The translations under genes and the position numbers were made by a program. From IMG/VR virus record IMGVR_UViG_3300018017_000001: 57,029 nucleotides of DNA. One strand, written 5' to 3'. Positions 22,829 to 32,055 of the stretch are shown one piece after another; the first letter of the stretch is position 1, and the number at the start of each line of letters is the position of its first letter. The notes below the pieces were generated by a model. The model searched no databases. It was not told where the DNA came from and worked only from the letters and a program-made list of their open reading frames with translations. The DNA comes from a virus.

Positions 22829-23873
22829 TCTTGCTTTTCCGCATCCCGGCATCCGCGTTCACACGAACGACCACGGCATCACCGTTCTTCGTCTGCACTA
22901 CTCCGCTGACGAGGAGAAGGGCGGCGGGGAGAAGATTTACGTTCCCGAGATCAAGCGCTCGCTTTCGCCCTGGGCCTATGCACAATACAAGCAGATGACG
23001 GACCCGACTCTGTACTTGAAAGAGTACGAGATCGAGGCCGAAGCCGCGCTCGGTGCGCTGATCTACCAACTGGACGAGGAGGCCACGCTTGAAGACTCCT
23101 TCCCGATTCCGAGGACTTGGACGCGCAGGATGGCGCTCGATCCGCATCCTGGCATTCCTGACGCGTTTCTTTGGGTTGCAACCGATCCATGGGGTGACCG
23201 ATGGGCTTATCGAGAACTATGGCCATCGCGTGTCTGCTTTATTTGTGACCCGGAAACCAAGCAAGTGAGAGGCAAAGCAGGGCCGTGTCCGCCCGATGAT
23301 CCGCTGATCCCGATCAAACATTACGTCGAGACGATGAAGTGGCTCGAATCTTCCAGCAACCCGGAGAATCAGGACGAGAACAAGACGCCGTTCGACGAGC
23401 ACATCTTTGCCCGCGTCATCGACTACTCGGCCCGTGCGTTCGGCAAGGGAACGACGGACGATCCTGAACAGCCAAACTTCCAGCAACGCTACGAGCAGTA
23501 TATGCAACTGGAGAAGCTGTCTTGTCCGAGCTTCGACGACGCGAAGAAGGATCACGACGTGGGCTACGAGCGAGTGAACGCGGGACTGAAACCGCGCATG
23601 GTCCGCGATACGAACGGGGAGCCGAAGAAGCGCTCGCAGATTCACATCTTCCGCGACAAATGCCCTGAGTTGATCTATCAGTTGAAGAACGTGCGCAAGA
23701 AGATTCTGACGCCGACGCAGATGATGTCGCAAGACCCGAGCGGGCAGCAGGTTGCCGTGCGTTGTCATCAGGTCGACAACCTGCGCTACGTCGAGATGGC
23801 GAATCCCATCTACATCAACCCGCATCCGCAGCGCTCGCACTTCGAGCCGCTGCAGGAAGGGTTCAGCTACTAG
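22821..23873 (+). CDS. terL: Terminase large subunit, C-terminal (lid plus nuclease) half only
   Basis: 350 aa. ITVLRLHYSADEEKG, YLKEYEIEAEAA, nuclease Asp motifs MALDPHPGIPDAFLWVATDPWGD, ARVIDYSARAF, HQVDNLRYVE. No Walker A or B seen. Confidence 0.65.
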   Translation: MSSLAFPHPGIRVHTNDHGITVLRLHYSADEEKGGGEKIYVPEIKRSLSPWAYAQYKQMTDPTLYLKEYEIEAEAALGALIYQLDEEATLEDSFPIPRTWTRRMALDPHPGIPDAFLWVATDPWGDRWAYRELWPSRVCFICDPETKQVRGKAGPCPPDDPLIPIKHYVETMKWLESSSNPENQDENKTPFDEHIFARVIDYSARAFGKGTTDDPEQPNFQQRYEQYMQLEKLSCPSFDDAKKDHDVGYERVNAGLKPRMVRDTNGEPKKRSQIHIFRDKCPELIYQLKNVRKKILTPTQMMSQDPSGQQVAVRCHQVDNLRYVEMANPIYINPHPQRSHFEPLQEGFSY

Positions 23874-23874
23874 C

Positions 23875-26103
23875 ATGGCCACGACGAATCCAGCGATCGG
23901 TCCCGTTTCGGACATCATCATGCGCCGGGACGAGTGCAAGAAGTGGATGAACCTGAACTACTGGGCCGAGTGGGTCGACACTTGGCGCGCGATCAAGTGC
24001 AGAACGCGTCCGATCTACGAGCGGGACTCGGCGGGGAAAGAAACGAACGTCGAGGACAAGTCTCGCACGAACGTCGAGAGCGGGCTGGCGAACCTGATCT
24101 ACCGCAAGAACGTGGCGCGACTTTCCGCGCAGCCTTACACGCTGCGCGTGAGCGGAGGCCAAGATCCGAGTGTTGGCGCCAGACTGAGTGCGTTGCTCTC
24201 GAAGCAGTACGAAAACTCGCAGGAGCAGCCCGAAGATCAGCGGGTCAGGATGGCCGCGGAAGCGCTCGGCATCGGCATCTCGAAAATCTACTGGGACTTC
24301 ATCTCGCGCACGATGGTGTTCAGGAAGGCGATCCTGAAAGAAGGCAAAGTCGTCTACCGCGACCGAGCCTCGATGATGCGCGCCCGGAAAGCTCCCGACG
24401 CCGAGATTCAGCAGGCCGTCGAAGAGCACAGCGCGAACATGACGGACGAGGAAGTGCAGGAGTTCATGGGCAAGAGCGGGACGGAGTTGACGGTCCCCGA
24501 AGAGATCAAGAAGTACGAAGGCCCGCGCGTGATGTGCTGCTTCCCCGGAGACGTGTTCTGGGAGCCGTTCGCCAAGACCCTGTTTCAATCTTCGTTCGCG
24601 ATTCACAGCTACCGCGAGTCCGACCTCTGGCTGAAGAAGATGCTCGGGCTAAAGTACAAAGACCCGGAGACGGGCGAAGATACGCCGGCGTTCGATCCCG
24701 AAGCGGTTGCGAATCTGATGCGTCTTGATCCTGAGCCGGTCGTCGTCAAGGGCGAGTTCCAGGAGTTGAAAGATTTGTTCCGTACCGCCGTCGGGAAGCA
24801 GGATCAGGTGATGTATCAGTTCCCGCGGAACCTACGCGTGCGGAAGCTGTACGACATCCTCGAAGAGCACAAGCAGGACGATGACGGACGGATGTGGATC
24901 ACCTGGGTGAACGAGAACTACCGCGATAAGGTGCTGGGGAAGATGCCGTACCCGGTAAACTTCTACGGGCACACGTCGTTCACCGACGAAGTTCCGCTGC
25001 CTGACCTGATCGACGCGATCGGGGATTCCACTCCCCGCCTGCTGCGCTACATGTTCTCGATGTTCAACCTGCAGATGGCGCAGAACTTCGACTACATCAC
25101 GAACCTGATCCGCGTAACGTTCCTCGCAAAGACTGGAGTCGAGTTCGACACCGACCGCCTGTTGAGCGGGTTCTTCAACGTGCTCAGAACGTCGGACTTG
25201 AACGGCTGCAAGTTCGTGGAGCGTCCGCCTCTGCCGCCCGGAGCGATGGAGCGCGGTGCGCTGCTGATGCAGTTGATCGGGATGTTCGAGCCGTCGTTGA
25301 ACCTGACGACGGAAGGAACGGAAGCGAACCCGCAGGCCGGTAAAACGGCGACAACTGCGGTTCTGGCAGCGAAGGCTGCGGACGTGCTGCTGGCGATGAA
25401 GATGGACGGTCGGAACCTGTATCTTCGTCAGCTTGGCATGAAGAAAATCTGGATGAATCAGCAGATGGCTGACCTCGACCAGCCGTGGAGCGTGGAGTCC
25501 AAGTATTTCACTTCTCCGCTGCAATCGCTGCTGAAGACTCAGGACAAAGCCCAGCAGGTTCCCTGGATCATGACGGATCAGACGGGGAAGATCAGCAGCG
25601 TGAAGCTCGATCCGAACGAGATACAGCAGGACTTCGACGTAGAGCCGGACGCGGGTTCGTACATGGCGGTGAACGACGACCTGAAGCGTCAGGCGGCCGC
25701 GCAGCTCGGTCAGATCGCGATGCAGGCGCCGGGGATTCTCGATCCTCAGAAAGTGATGATGAACTTGCTGAAGACGATTCCGAACCTCGACGGCGAGCCG
25801 GAGTCGTACTTCCTGCCACCTCCTGATCCTTCGGCTCCGCCTCAGCCGCAGAAGTACAACGTGACGGCTTCGATCTCGATCCCGCTCGACAAGATGGAGC
25901 CCGAGATTCAGCAGTACATGCTGACGAAGTACCTCGGCGCTCCCGAGATGCCTGGGCTGGAAGATCAAAGCCAGTTGAACCTCGTGGGTAGGGTTAGCGA
26001 AGCGGCTAATCATGCGGACAACCTGCTTTCGCCTTCAGCGGCATCACAGCCGCAGAACGGGAACAAGACGCCCGTAGGAATAGCGGAGAGCACGGCCGGA
26101 TGA
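23875..26103 (+). CDS. Portal protein (by position and size)
   Basis: Start at MATTNPAIG. 742 aa, immediately after TerL-C and followed by scaffold-like and capsid genes. No motif-level proof. Confidence 0.55.
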   Translation: MATTNPAIGPVSDIIMRRDECKKWMNLNYWAEWVDTWRAIKCRTRPIYERDSAGKETNVEDKSRTNVESGLANLIYRKNVARLSAQPYTLRVSGGQDPSVGARLSALLSKQYENSQEQPEDQRVRMAAEALGIGISKIYWDFISRTMVFRKAILKEGKVVYRDRASMMRARKAPDAEIQQAVEEHSANMTDEEVQEFMGKSGTELTVPEEIKKYEGPRVMCCFPGDVFWEPFAKTLFQSSFAIHSYRESDLWLKKMLGLKYKDPETGEDTPAFDPEAVANLMRLDPEPVVVKGEFQELKDLFRTAVGKQDQVMYQFPRNLRVRKLYDILEEHKQDDDGRMWITWVNENYRDKVLGKMPYPVNFYGHTSFTDEVPLPDLIDAIGDSTPRLLRYMFSMFNLQMAQNFDYITNLIRVTFLAKTGVEFDTDRLLSGFFNVLRTSDLNGCKFVERPPLPPGAMERGALLMQLIGMFEPSLNLTTEGTEANPQAGKTATTAVLAAKAADVLLAMKMDGRNLYLRQLGMKKIWMNQQMADLDQPWSVESKYFTSPLQSLLKTQDKAQQVPWIMTDQTGKISSVKLDPNEIQQDFDVEPDAGSYMAVNDDLKRQAAAQLGQIAMQAPGILDPQKVMMNLLKTIPNLDGEPESYFLPPPDPSAPPQPQKYNVTASISIPLDKMEPEIQQYMLTKYLGAPEMPGLEDQSQLNLVGRVSEAANHADNLLSPSAASQPQNGNKTPVGIAESTAG

Positions 26104-26330
26104 CGGACAACCAGAGGCTCGTGCTGTCGAACTGGCTCGCTCGGGATAACGACCTGAGGGAATCGGTCGAGGAATTCTTGAACGCGAAGGCAGCGTACTG
26201 CGAGAAGCAGACGGCCGACTACATGCGCACGGTCCCGCGCAGCCTGGAAATCGCTTCGGACTACGCCTCGAAGGCGGAAGTGTACCGCGAGTTCTGGAAA
26301 GAGTTGGAAAGATGGGCAGCAACAAATTGA
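26100..26330 (+). CDS. Hypothetical small protein
   Basis: 76 aa with an ATGA overlap. Confidence 0.5.
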   Translation: MTDNQRLVLSNWLARDNDLRESVEEFLNAKAAYCEKQTADYMRTVPRSLEIASDYASKAEVYREFWKELERWAATN

Positions 26331-26343
26331 AGGAGGCTTCTCG

Positions 26344-26664
26344 ATGATCAAAAAGGGTGAATTGGAACACATCAGGGTCGAGCCGACGGAGAACGGCGGC
26401 GCGGTCACGCACGTTCACAAAAAGATGTCGAGCGGACGGGGGAAAAACGCAGGACCGTGGCTGCAGGACGACCGCATCGAACATTATTCGCACAAGACCC
26501 ACGAGGAAGCGGGGCGCCACGTCACCGCCGTCCTGAAGGCTAACTACGGAGCCTCGAAGAACAGCGAGCAGGGGGCGAAATTGGAGTCTCCTGGCCCGAA
26601 GGCGGGTAAGAAGGAGAACGCCGAGCAGGGCGAAAGCGCTGAGTACGGCGCAGCCGAGCAGTAA
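26344..26664 (+). CDS. Hypothetical basic/His-rich protein
   Basis: 106 aa with GGAGG upstream. Confidence 0.5.
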   Translation: MIKKGELEHIRVEPTENGGAVTHVHKKMSSGRGKNAGPWLQDDRIEHYSHKTHEEAGRHVTAVLKANYGASKNSEQGAKLESPGPKAGKKENAEQGESAEYGAAEQ

Positions 26665-26709
26665 ACCAGAGTTTCTGCCGGAACCACACCGGCCGATTGA
26701 GGAGCCTTT

Positions 26710-28074
26710 ATGATCACGGAATCACAAGCCGCGCCGAGCGGAACCACACCGTCTGACGGCGCAGCGCAGAGCGGAACCACACCCTCTGTCCCGCAAGAAT
26801 TCTCATCGTTTCTCGGCGTTGAACCCGAGACCTTGCCTTCTCTCCAGCCCGAACAGAAACCGGAACCCACGGGCGCGGAAGCCGAACCACAGGCGGAAGC
26901 AGGAGCCGAGGCTGAGGTCGAAGAACAACCCGCAGAAGCGGAAGCCGGAGCACAGGCGGAAGAGCTACCTGCGTTGGAGGAAACGGACGACGACTGGCTG
27001 CTGACCACAGAACAGAAGAAGGAGTTTCCCGACGATCAGTTGGCGGAGTACGCGAGGCGCCGAGGCTACAACTGGGAGCAGATTCAAGGCGACAAGAGCC
27101 TGAAGCGGCTGCTCCAAGACAAGCTCAACAGCGACATCCTGATCGCGCAACAGCGGCAGGCCGAGGCGGACGAGGGCTTCTTCGGAACGGGAGAAGAACA
27201 GCAACTTCCGGAAGAAGAAGCCGCAGCGGAAGCCGAGCCTGCTCCACAAGTCGATCCCCGGCAGGAGTATTACGCGGGAGTCGACAGACTCGTTCAGCAG
27301 TACGACCAGAGTACGTTGAAGGAAATGGGCAACGGATTGCTGAACGCTATGGGCGTGAAAACGGACGACAAGTTCATCGGAGACTTGACGCGAAGGCTCG
27401 AAGACCCGAATCTTCCTCCGCAAACGCGGGCGGAGATTCAGCAGCACGTGGCCTTGGCGCGAAGCTCGGAGAAGATCGGTCAGACGCTGGCGCGCTATGG
27501 AACTGATCTGACGTTGACGCTGCTTCGCTCGCCCGAGATCATTCAGCAGGCGATCGAAACGGTCGCTCCCGGAATGCTCGGAGCGTTTCAGGAAGCTCAG
27601 TCGATGCGGACCTGCGCGCAAGCGTGGGCGCAAGTCCGGGGAAGGCAAGACCAGCAGGGAAGGCAGGTGTACGAGAACCTTCCAGCCTACGGGACGCCCG
27701 AGTTCAGGGCGCTGGTCTACAAGGCGGAGCGGCAGCTTGGGCTCGGGAAAGACGAACTCGGGTCGATGACTTTCCGCGACGCCTACGGGAACCCTCTCCC
27801 TGCGGATCAGAACGCTTTGCGCGGATACGCCTTGGTCGCGCGGGTGGCGAGCGGACAGAAAGTGACTCCGCGAGCGGTGACGCAGGCCGTGCAGGCAGGG
27901 CGCCGTCAGGAACAAACGCAGCAGCAGAGGCGCGCCGCGGGGCGCGCGTTGGGGGCCGGTGCAACGAGCCGCCAGTTCGAACAGCCCGCTCAGGAAGACG
28001 CGGTGGGATCGGCATTGCGACAAGCGATCCTGGACCAGAACGAGTCAGGCCGCATCTTGCCGAAGGGGATGTGA
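26710..28074 (+). CDS. Scaffolding-like protein
   Basis: 454 aa. Very acidic E/A/P/Q-rich N-terminus and helical Q/R/E-rich body. It lies directly upstream of the major capsid gene. Confidence 0.45.
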   Translation: MITESQAAPSGTTPSDGAAQSGTTPSVPQEFSSFLGVEPETLPSLQPEQKPEPTGAEAEPQAEAGAEAEVEEQPAEAEAGAQAEELPALEETDDDWLLTTEQKKEFPDDQLAEYARRRGYNWEQIQGDKSLKRLLQDKLNSDILIAQQRQAEADEGFFGTGEEQQLPEEEAAAEAEPAPQVDPRQEYYAGVDRLVQQYDQSTLKEMGNGLLNAMGVKTDDKFIGDLTRRLEDPNLPPQTRAEIQQHVALARSSEKIGQTLARYGTDLTLTLLRSPEIIQQAIETVAPGMLGAFQEAQSMRTCAQAWAQVRGRQDQQGRQVYENLPAYGTPEFRALVYKAERQLGLGKDELGSMTFRDAYGNPLPADQNALRGYALVARVASGQKVTPRAVTQAVQAGRRQEQTQQQRRAAGRALGAGATSRQFEQPAQEDAVGSALRQAILDQNESGRILPKGM

Positions 28075-28103
28075 AGGACTGAAGGCGGCGGAGGGCACAA
28101 ACC

Positions 28104-29354
28104 TTGGCTGAACAAAACATAAGAACATTCGCCGACTACGCGACCGAAGGTTCTTCGGTCCGCGACGTGAGCGTCGACATGCTCCTGCTGGAGCCTGACC
28201 GAACGCCGCTCTACGTCTTGACGAACAACATGAAGCGGAAGAAGTCCGTCTACAACCCGACGATTGAATGGCCCGAGGATCAGGATTTGCCAATGCTCGG
28301 GACCGTATCGAACGGCACGACGAACCTCTCTTCCGCCGCGACGAACATCCCGGTGCAGGACGTGACGATCTTCGGAGTGAACGACGTGGTGCAGATTCCC
28401 ACCTTCGGCTTGACGACGGTAGGGACCGGCATCGAGGAACTCGCTCTGATCACCACGGTCACGATCGGCGGTGGAACGCCTTCGACGGTTTCGTACCAGT
28501 TGGGCGCGGTCGCCGGAACGATCACCGTCACGCGCGGCTTCGCCGGCACGACTCCAGGATCCGTGGGAGCAACGCAAGCGATCCGCATCGTGGCCACGGC
28601 GGCGCAGGAAGGATCGGCCATCCAGACGCCTCGCTCTCCGTACCTCAACCTGAAGACGAGCTACGCGCAGACGTTTGAAACGCCGATCCAGATCACGCTG
28701 CAAGCGGCCTCGACCCGTCAGTACTACGACAGGAACGAGCGGGCAAGACTGCAAATGCTCGCCATGCGCCGCGCGAAGCTGGAACTGGAGGATGCCGGAA
28801 TCTTCGGCGTTGCCTCTTCGAGCGTCAGCGGCACGTCGACGAGGCTGACCTCGATGGGCATCCGCTCGATCATCTCGCCGTTCGTCACCGACATGGGCAC
28901 GACGGCGACCTATCTCTCGTTCCTGACCGCGAACGAGTTCACGTTCCGTTACGGCTCGCCGCAGAAGCTGCTGATCGCGTCTCCGCTGTTCAAGACCGCT
29001 CTTGACTACTGGGCCGCGAACAAGCAGTTGGTGAAACCGGACATCGACCTCTTCGGCGTCTCGCTGAAGAAGTTCATCACGTCGAACGGCACGTGGCTCC
29101 TGGCGAACAACTTCAACTTCGGAGATTTCGGCGCGTCGACGAACTACTCGTTCGAGGCTCTGGGCATCGATCTTCCGTCGATCGAGTTCTGCCCGCTGTC
29201 CGAGAACGGGTTCAACAACGACACGCACCTGATCACGAACTACAACACGACGAACCCGAAGATCATCTACGATCTCGTGCTGACGATCGCGGGTTGGCGT
29301 TGTAGGCACCCTGCGAGACACGCCCGTTTTACAAATTTGCAGGCGTTCTCGTAA
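28104..29354 (+). CDS. Major capsid protein (HK97 fold, DUF5309/SU10-like)
   Basis: TTG start with GGAGG 9 nt upstream. The N-terminus ..DVSVDMLLLEPDRTPLYVLTNNMKRKKSVYNPTIEWPEDQDL matches the characteristic start of this capsid family as I recall it. 416 aa. Confidence 0.75.
   Translation: MAEQNIRTFADYATEGSSVRDVSVDMLLLEPDRTPLYVLTNNMKRKKSVYNPTIEWPEDQDLPMLGTVSNGTTNLSSAATNIPVQDVTIFGVNDVVQIPTFGLTTVGTGIEELALITTVTIGGGTPSTVSYQLGAVAGTITVTRGFAGTTPGSVGATQAIRIVATAAQEGSAIQTPRSPYLNLKTSYAQTFETPIQITLQAASTRQYYDRNERARLQMLAMRRAKLELEDAGIFGVASSSVSGTSTRLTSMGIRSIISPFVTDMGTTATYLSFLTANEFTFRYGSPQKLLIASPLFKTALDYWAANKQLVKPDIDLFGVSLKKFITSNGTWLLANNFNFGDFGASTNYSFEALGIDLPSIEFCPLSENGFNNDTHLITNYNTTNPKIIYDLVLTIAGWRCRHPARHARFTNLQAFS
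29330..29342. promoter_or_regulatory. Palindrome family member TACAAATTTGCAG (half-site variant)
   Basis: Lies at the 3' end of the capsid gene, in frame as ..TNLQA. Confidence 0.45.
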
Positions 29355-29363
29355 AACCTGAGA

Positions 29364-29405
29364 CCGTGGGCGCTTTTCGGGGGGAAGGGTGCCCACGGAG
29401 TTTTC
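29364..29405 (+). terminator. Hairpin after the capsid gene (CCGTGGGC ... GCCCACGG) followed by AGTTTT
   Basis: 8-bp perfect stem with a 19-nt loop and a short T-run. It lies 10 nt after the capsid stop. Confidence 0.4.
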
Positions 29406-29416
29406 AAGGAGAGAAC

Positions 29417-29935
29417 ATGCACACGGCACCGGAAGAGTACAAAGCGAAATGTGAAGTATGCAAGGAAGCCGTCGCGTACGACGAGTCGAAGGACTGGGCG
29501 AAATGCACGCGCCTTCCAGGCCATCACCGCGTCGAGGAGAAAACCTATTACCATCTCGGCGGATCTCACCTGGCGAACCTGATCGACCGACGCGGATGGT
29601 CTCCGATGGTCATCCTGCGCGCCGGAACGGACATCGTCATCAACCGGGGGACGGGCGAGAAGGCGATCTCTCCGACGCTGAAGGTCATCTTCATGATGCA
29701 GAAGGTGACGACGAGCGATCCGGAGATTCAACTGCTTCTGGAGATGAAGGGCGACCGCGACATCGTCTGGGGGAAAGAAGGCGAGGAGCAGTGGATGAAA
29801 ACCTACTTCACGCCCGACCAGCAGGCCGCGAGGAAGCGCGCGGAACTCGAAGCGCTCGACCGCAAGATCACGGAGCAGAACGCTCTGCTGGCCGAAACGC
29901 AACAGAGGACGCAGAAGCAGGCGGCGAGGACGTAG
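29417..29935 (+). CDS. Hypothetical protein (Cys/His N-terminus, coiled-coil C-terminus)
   Basis: AAGGAGAG SD. 172 aa. Confidence 0.55.
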   Translation: MHTAPEEYKAKCEVCKEAVAYDESKDWAKCTRLPGHHRVEEKTYYHLGGSHLANLIDRRGWSPMVILRAGTDIVINRGTGEKAISPTLKVIFMMQKVTTSDPEIQLLLEMKGDRDIVWGKEGEEQWMKTYFTPDQQAARKRAELEALDRKITEQNALLAETQQRTQKQAART

Positions 29936-30346
29936 ATGATCTGCCGGGGATGCGGCGCGGAAGCTCGGCGCACGGTGACTGTGCTCGACGCCCGCGCCGA
30001 CGTGCTGAAGGAATCCTGCGAGCATTGCGACCCGCAGCACGAGCGTTTCCGCGATCCTTCCGACCGGCGTCTTTGGGACAGCTACGAGGTCGAGCCTGAC
30101 CGCTACTATCCCAAAGACTCGAACGGAGTCGCCCGGGCGAAGGACGAACTCGTGCAGGACACGCTCGACGGGCTGAACAACAACGGGAAGTCCGACGACG
30201 AGTGGATGATCGCGAAACGCAAGAACCGCAGGACCGAACCGCTCTCGCCCGAGGAGATCAGGGCGACAGAAAACTTCGTGCGCGAGCATTTGATCCCGCA
30301 GATCGAGCGGGCGAAACTGAACGAGCAGTACCAGCACCAGGAATGA
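29936..30346 (+). CDS. Hypothetical protein with CxxC...CxxC
   Basis: 136 aa. The ATG directly follows the upstream stop. Confidence 0.5.
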   Translation: MICRGCGAEARRTVTVLDARADVLKESCEHCDPQHERFRDPSDRRLWDSYEVEPDRYYPKDSNGVARAKDELVQDTLDGLNNNGKSDDEWMIAKRKNRRTEPLSPEEIRATENFVREHLIPQIERAKLNEQYQHQE

Positions 30347-32055
30347 CTCAGAAGTCCGACCATTTCGCCGACCTCGTCAGCGCTGAGTTGAAGCGCGTCA
30401 AGGACTTGAACCCTCTCGACGTGCTTCATCACCAGAAGAAACTGGAGAAGATGTTCAACACTGCCGAAGGCCAAGAGGCTTTCCGCAGGGTCACCGGCTT
30501 GCGCGATGCGACGTTCGTAAACCACGATCTTTCGCCGCAGCAGAAACTTCCCATCGTTGCTCTGCTGATGCCTTCCTACAAGCGTCCGGCTCCGCAATGC
30601 TGGGCTGCTCTGCAGCAGATGATCGCGGCCAGTCAAGGGCATTGCCAGTTGTACATGGAGCCTACGATTCAGCAGTCCATCGTTCACTGGACAAGGAACT
30701 ATGCCGTCAGCAGTCTGATCAAGACAGGGAAGCCGTGGGATTACATTCTGTTCATGGACGACGACATGGTTCCACAACCCGACACGCTGATCAAGTTGCT
30801 GGCCCACAAGAAAGACGTGGTGGCGGCCGCCTGTACTGTTCGCGTCGACCCTCCGGTACCGAATTTCCGCGTCTATGATCCGGACGAGCAGGTTTTCTTC
30901 ACTTGCATGGAATGGGACCGGGAAGGTTTGGTTGGCGGGAAAGAGTTTGGCGGCGGCACTGGCGTGATCCTGCTTTCGCGGGAAGCGATGACCCGCGTTG
31001 GCGAGTATTACATCAACTGCAAGTACGAGCAGAAGTATTACGGCTTTTCAGGTGAAGCTCTCGACAAACTCCAGACCCGCAGGCAGGGTGAAGCGCGGAA
31101 GACGAACGACTTCTGGTGGTTCGAGTTCCTGAAGCAACCACAAGGCCGAGGAGAGTTCGGAGAGGATATTTCCTTCTGCTTCAAATGCATCGAGCTGGGC
31201 ATTCCGGTGTTCGTCGACACGACGGTCACACCCGGCCACGTCGGTGACTACGCATACTCTCTCGCGGACTTCTATGACTACCGCGACGTTCTGCTGGAGC
31301 GGGACAAGCGCAGCGCGGAAGGCACTCATCAGGCAGCGATGCGGGAAGCAAAATACACGGCGAAGATCAGCATCCTGTTCCCCACGCGCAACCGTCTCGG
31401 AAACGTCGCCCGCCTGCTTGAATCCCTGAAGGCAACGTCTTTCCGCCTGCCGGAAGTCGTGCTGTACATAGACGAGGATGACAACTCCTATCAGGCGCTG
31501 TACGCCGACAGTCCGGAGAACGTGAAGTTCGTTCGCGGTCCAAGGAAGACGCTCTCTGAATGCTGGAATGATTGCGTGAAGGTGGCGTCGGGCGAGATTC
31601 TGATGGCTGGAGGAGATGACCTGATCTTCAGGACGAACGGGTGGGACGAGATCGTCGCGAAGTGCTTCGAGAACCACGCTGATAAGCTGATTCTCGTTCA
31701 TGGCAACGATGGCTATTGGAAAGAGAAGTTCGGCACGCATCCATTCCTTCACCGCCAGTGGGTGGAAGCGGTGGGCTATTTCTTCCCGCCGTATTTCTCT
31801 TCCGACTTCAACGACACATGGCTGAACGAGGTCGCGAACGAGCTTGGGCGTCGAGTCTACCTGCCGTTCCTCACGGAACACATGCACCCGCTATGGGGCA
31901 AAGCCGATTGGGACGAGACGCACAAAGAACGCCTTGCTCGGCACGACCGGGACAAAGTCGAGGAGCTGTACAAGTCTCTCGCCCCGCGCCGTGCCGAGGA
32001 CGTTCAGAAATTACGGCAGGCGATTGAGGCGAAGAGAATCGCACTGGTTGGATAA
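30343..32055 (+). CDS. Two-domain GT-A (family-2-like) glycosyltransferase
   Basis: Start at MTQKSDHF (ATGA overlap). Domain 1: VALLMPSYKR..ILFMDDDM..GEDISFCFKC. Domain 2: ISILFPTRNR..VLYIDEDDN..GGDDLIF. 570 aa. Confidence 0.65.
   Translation: MTQKSDHFADLVSAELKRVKDLNPLDVLHHQKKLEKMFNTAEGQEAFRRVTGLRDATFVNHDLSPQQKLPIVALLMPSYKRPAPQCWAALQQMIAASQGHCQLYMEPTIQQSIVHWTRNYAVSSLIKTGKPWDYILFMDDDMVPQPDTLIKLLAHKKDVVAAACTVRVDPPVPNFRVYDPDEQVFFTCMEWDREGLVGGKEFGGGTGVILLSREAMTRVGEYYINCKYEQKYYGFSGEALDKLQTRRQGEARKTNDFWWFEFLKQPQGRGEFGEDISFCFKCIELGIPVFVDTTVTPGHVGDYAYSLADFYDYRDVLLERDKRSAEGTHQAAMREAKYTAKISILFPTRNRLGNVARLLESLKATSFRLPEVVLYIDEDDNSYQALYADSPENVKFVRGPRKTLSECWNDCVKVASGEILMAGGDDLIFRTNGWDEIVAKCFENHADKLILVHGNDGYWKEKFGTHPFLHRQWVEAVGYFFPPYFSSDFNDTWLNEVANELGRRVYLPFLTEHMHPLWGKADWDETHKERLARHDRDKVEELYKSLAPRRAEDVQKLRQAIEAKRIALVG

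Noticed and set aside
19480-22870. The idea that the two TerL halves are joined by a split intein or that the gap is a self-splicing intron.
   Set aside because: The N-half ends ..WFHSECKLD-stop and the C-half begins MSSLAFPHPGIRVHTND... The extra residues are far too short for IntN or IntC, and no HN-C/S/T junction is present. The gap is full of SD-led ORFs on the same strand rather than a compact ribozyme.
24832-26013. Long antisense ORFs opposite the structural genes, including 24832..26013, 26965..28023, 27990..29429, 29267..30337, 31048..31887, 38570..39529, 42526..43572 and 50832..51572 on the minus strand.
   Set aside because: They overlap convincingly assigned plus-strand genes completely. 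They are extremely Arg/Pro/Leu/His-rich and have no SD-linked starts. They are typical shadow ORFs of GC-rich coding sequence.
26680-26790. Three copies of CGGAACCACACC around the start of the scaffold-like gene.
   Set aside because: Two copies encode a short SGTTPS peptide repeat and the third is in the 5' leader. The motif is short, local and of low complexity, so it is not clearly a regulatory element.
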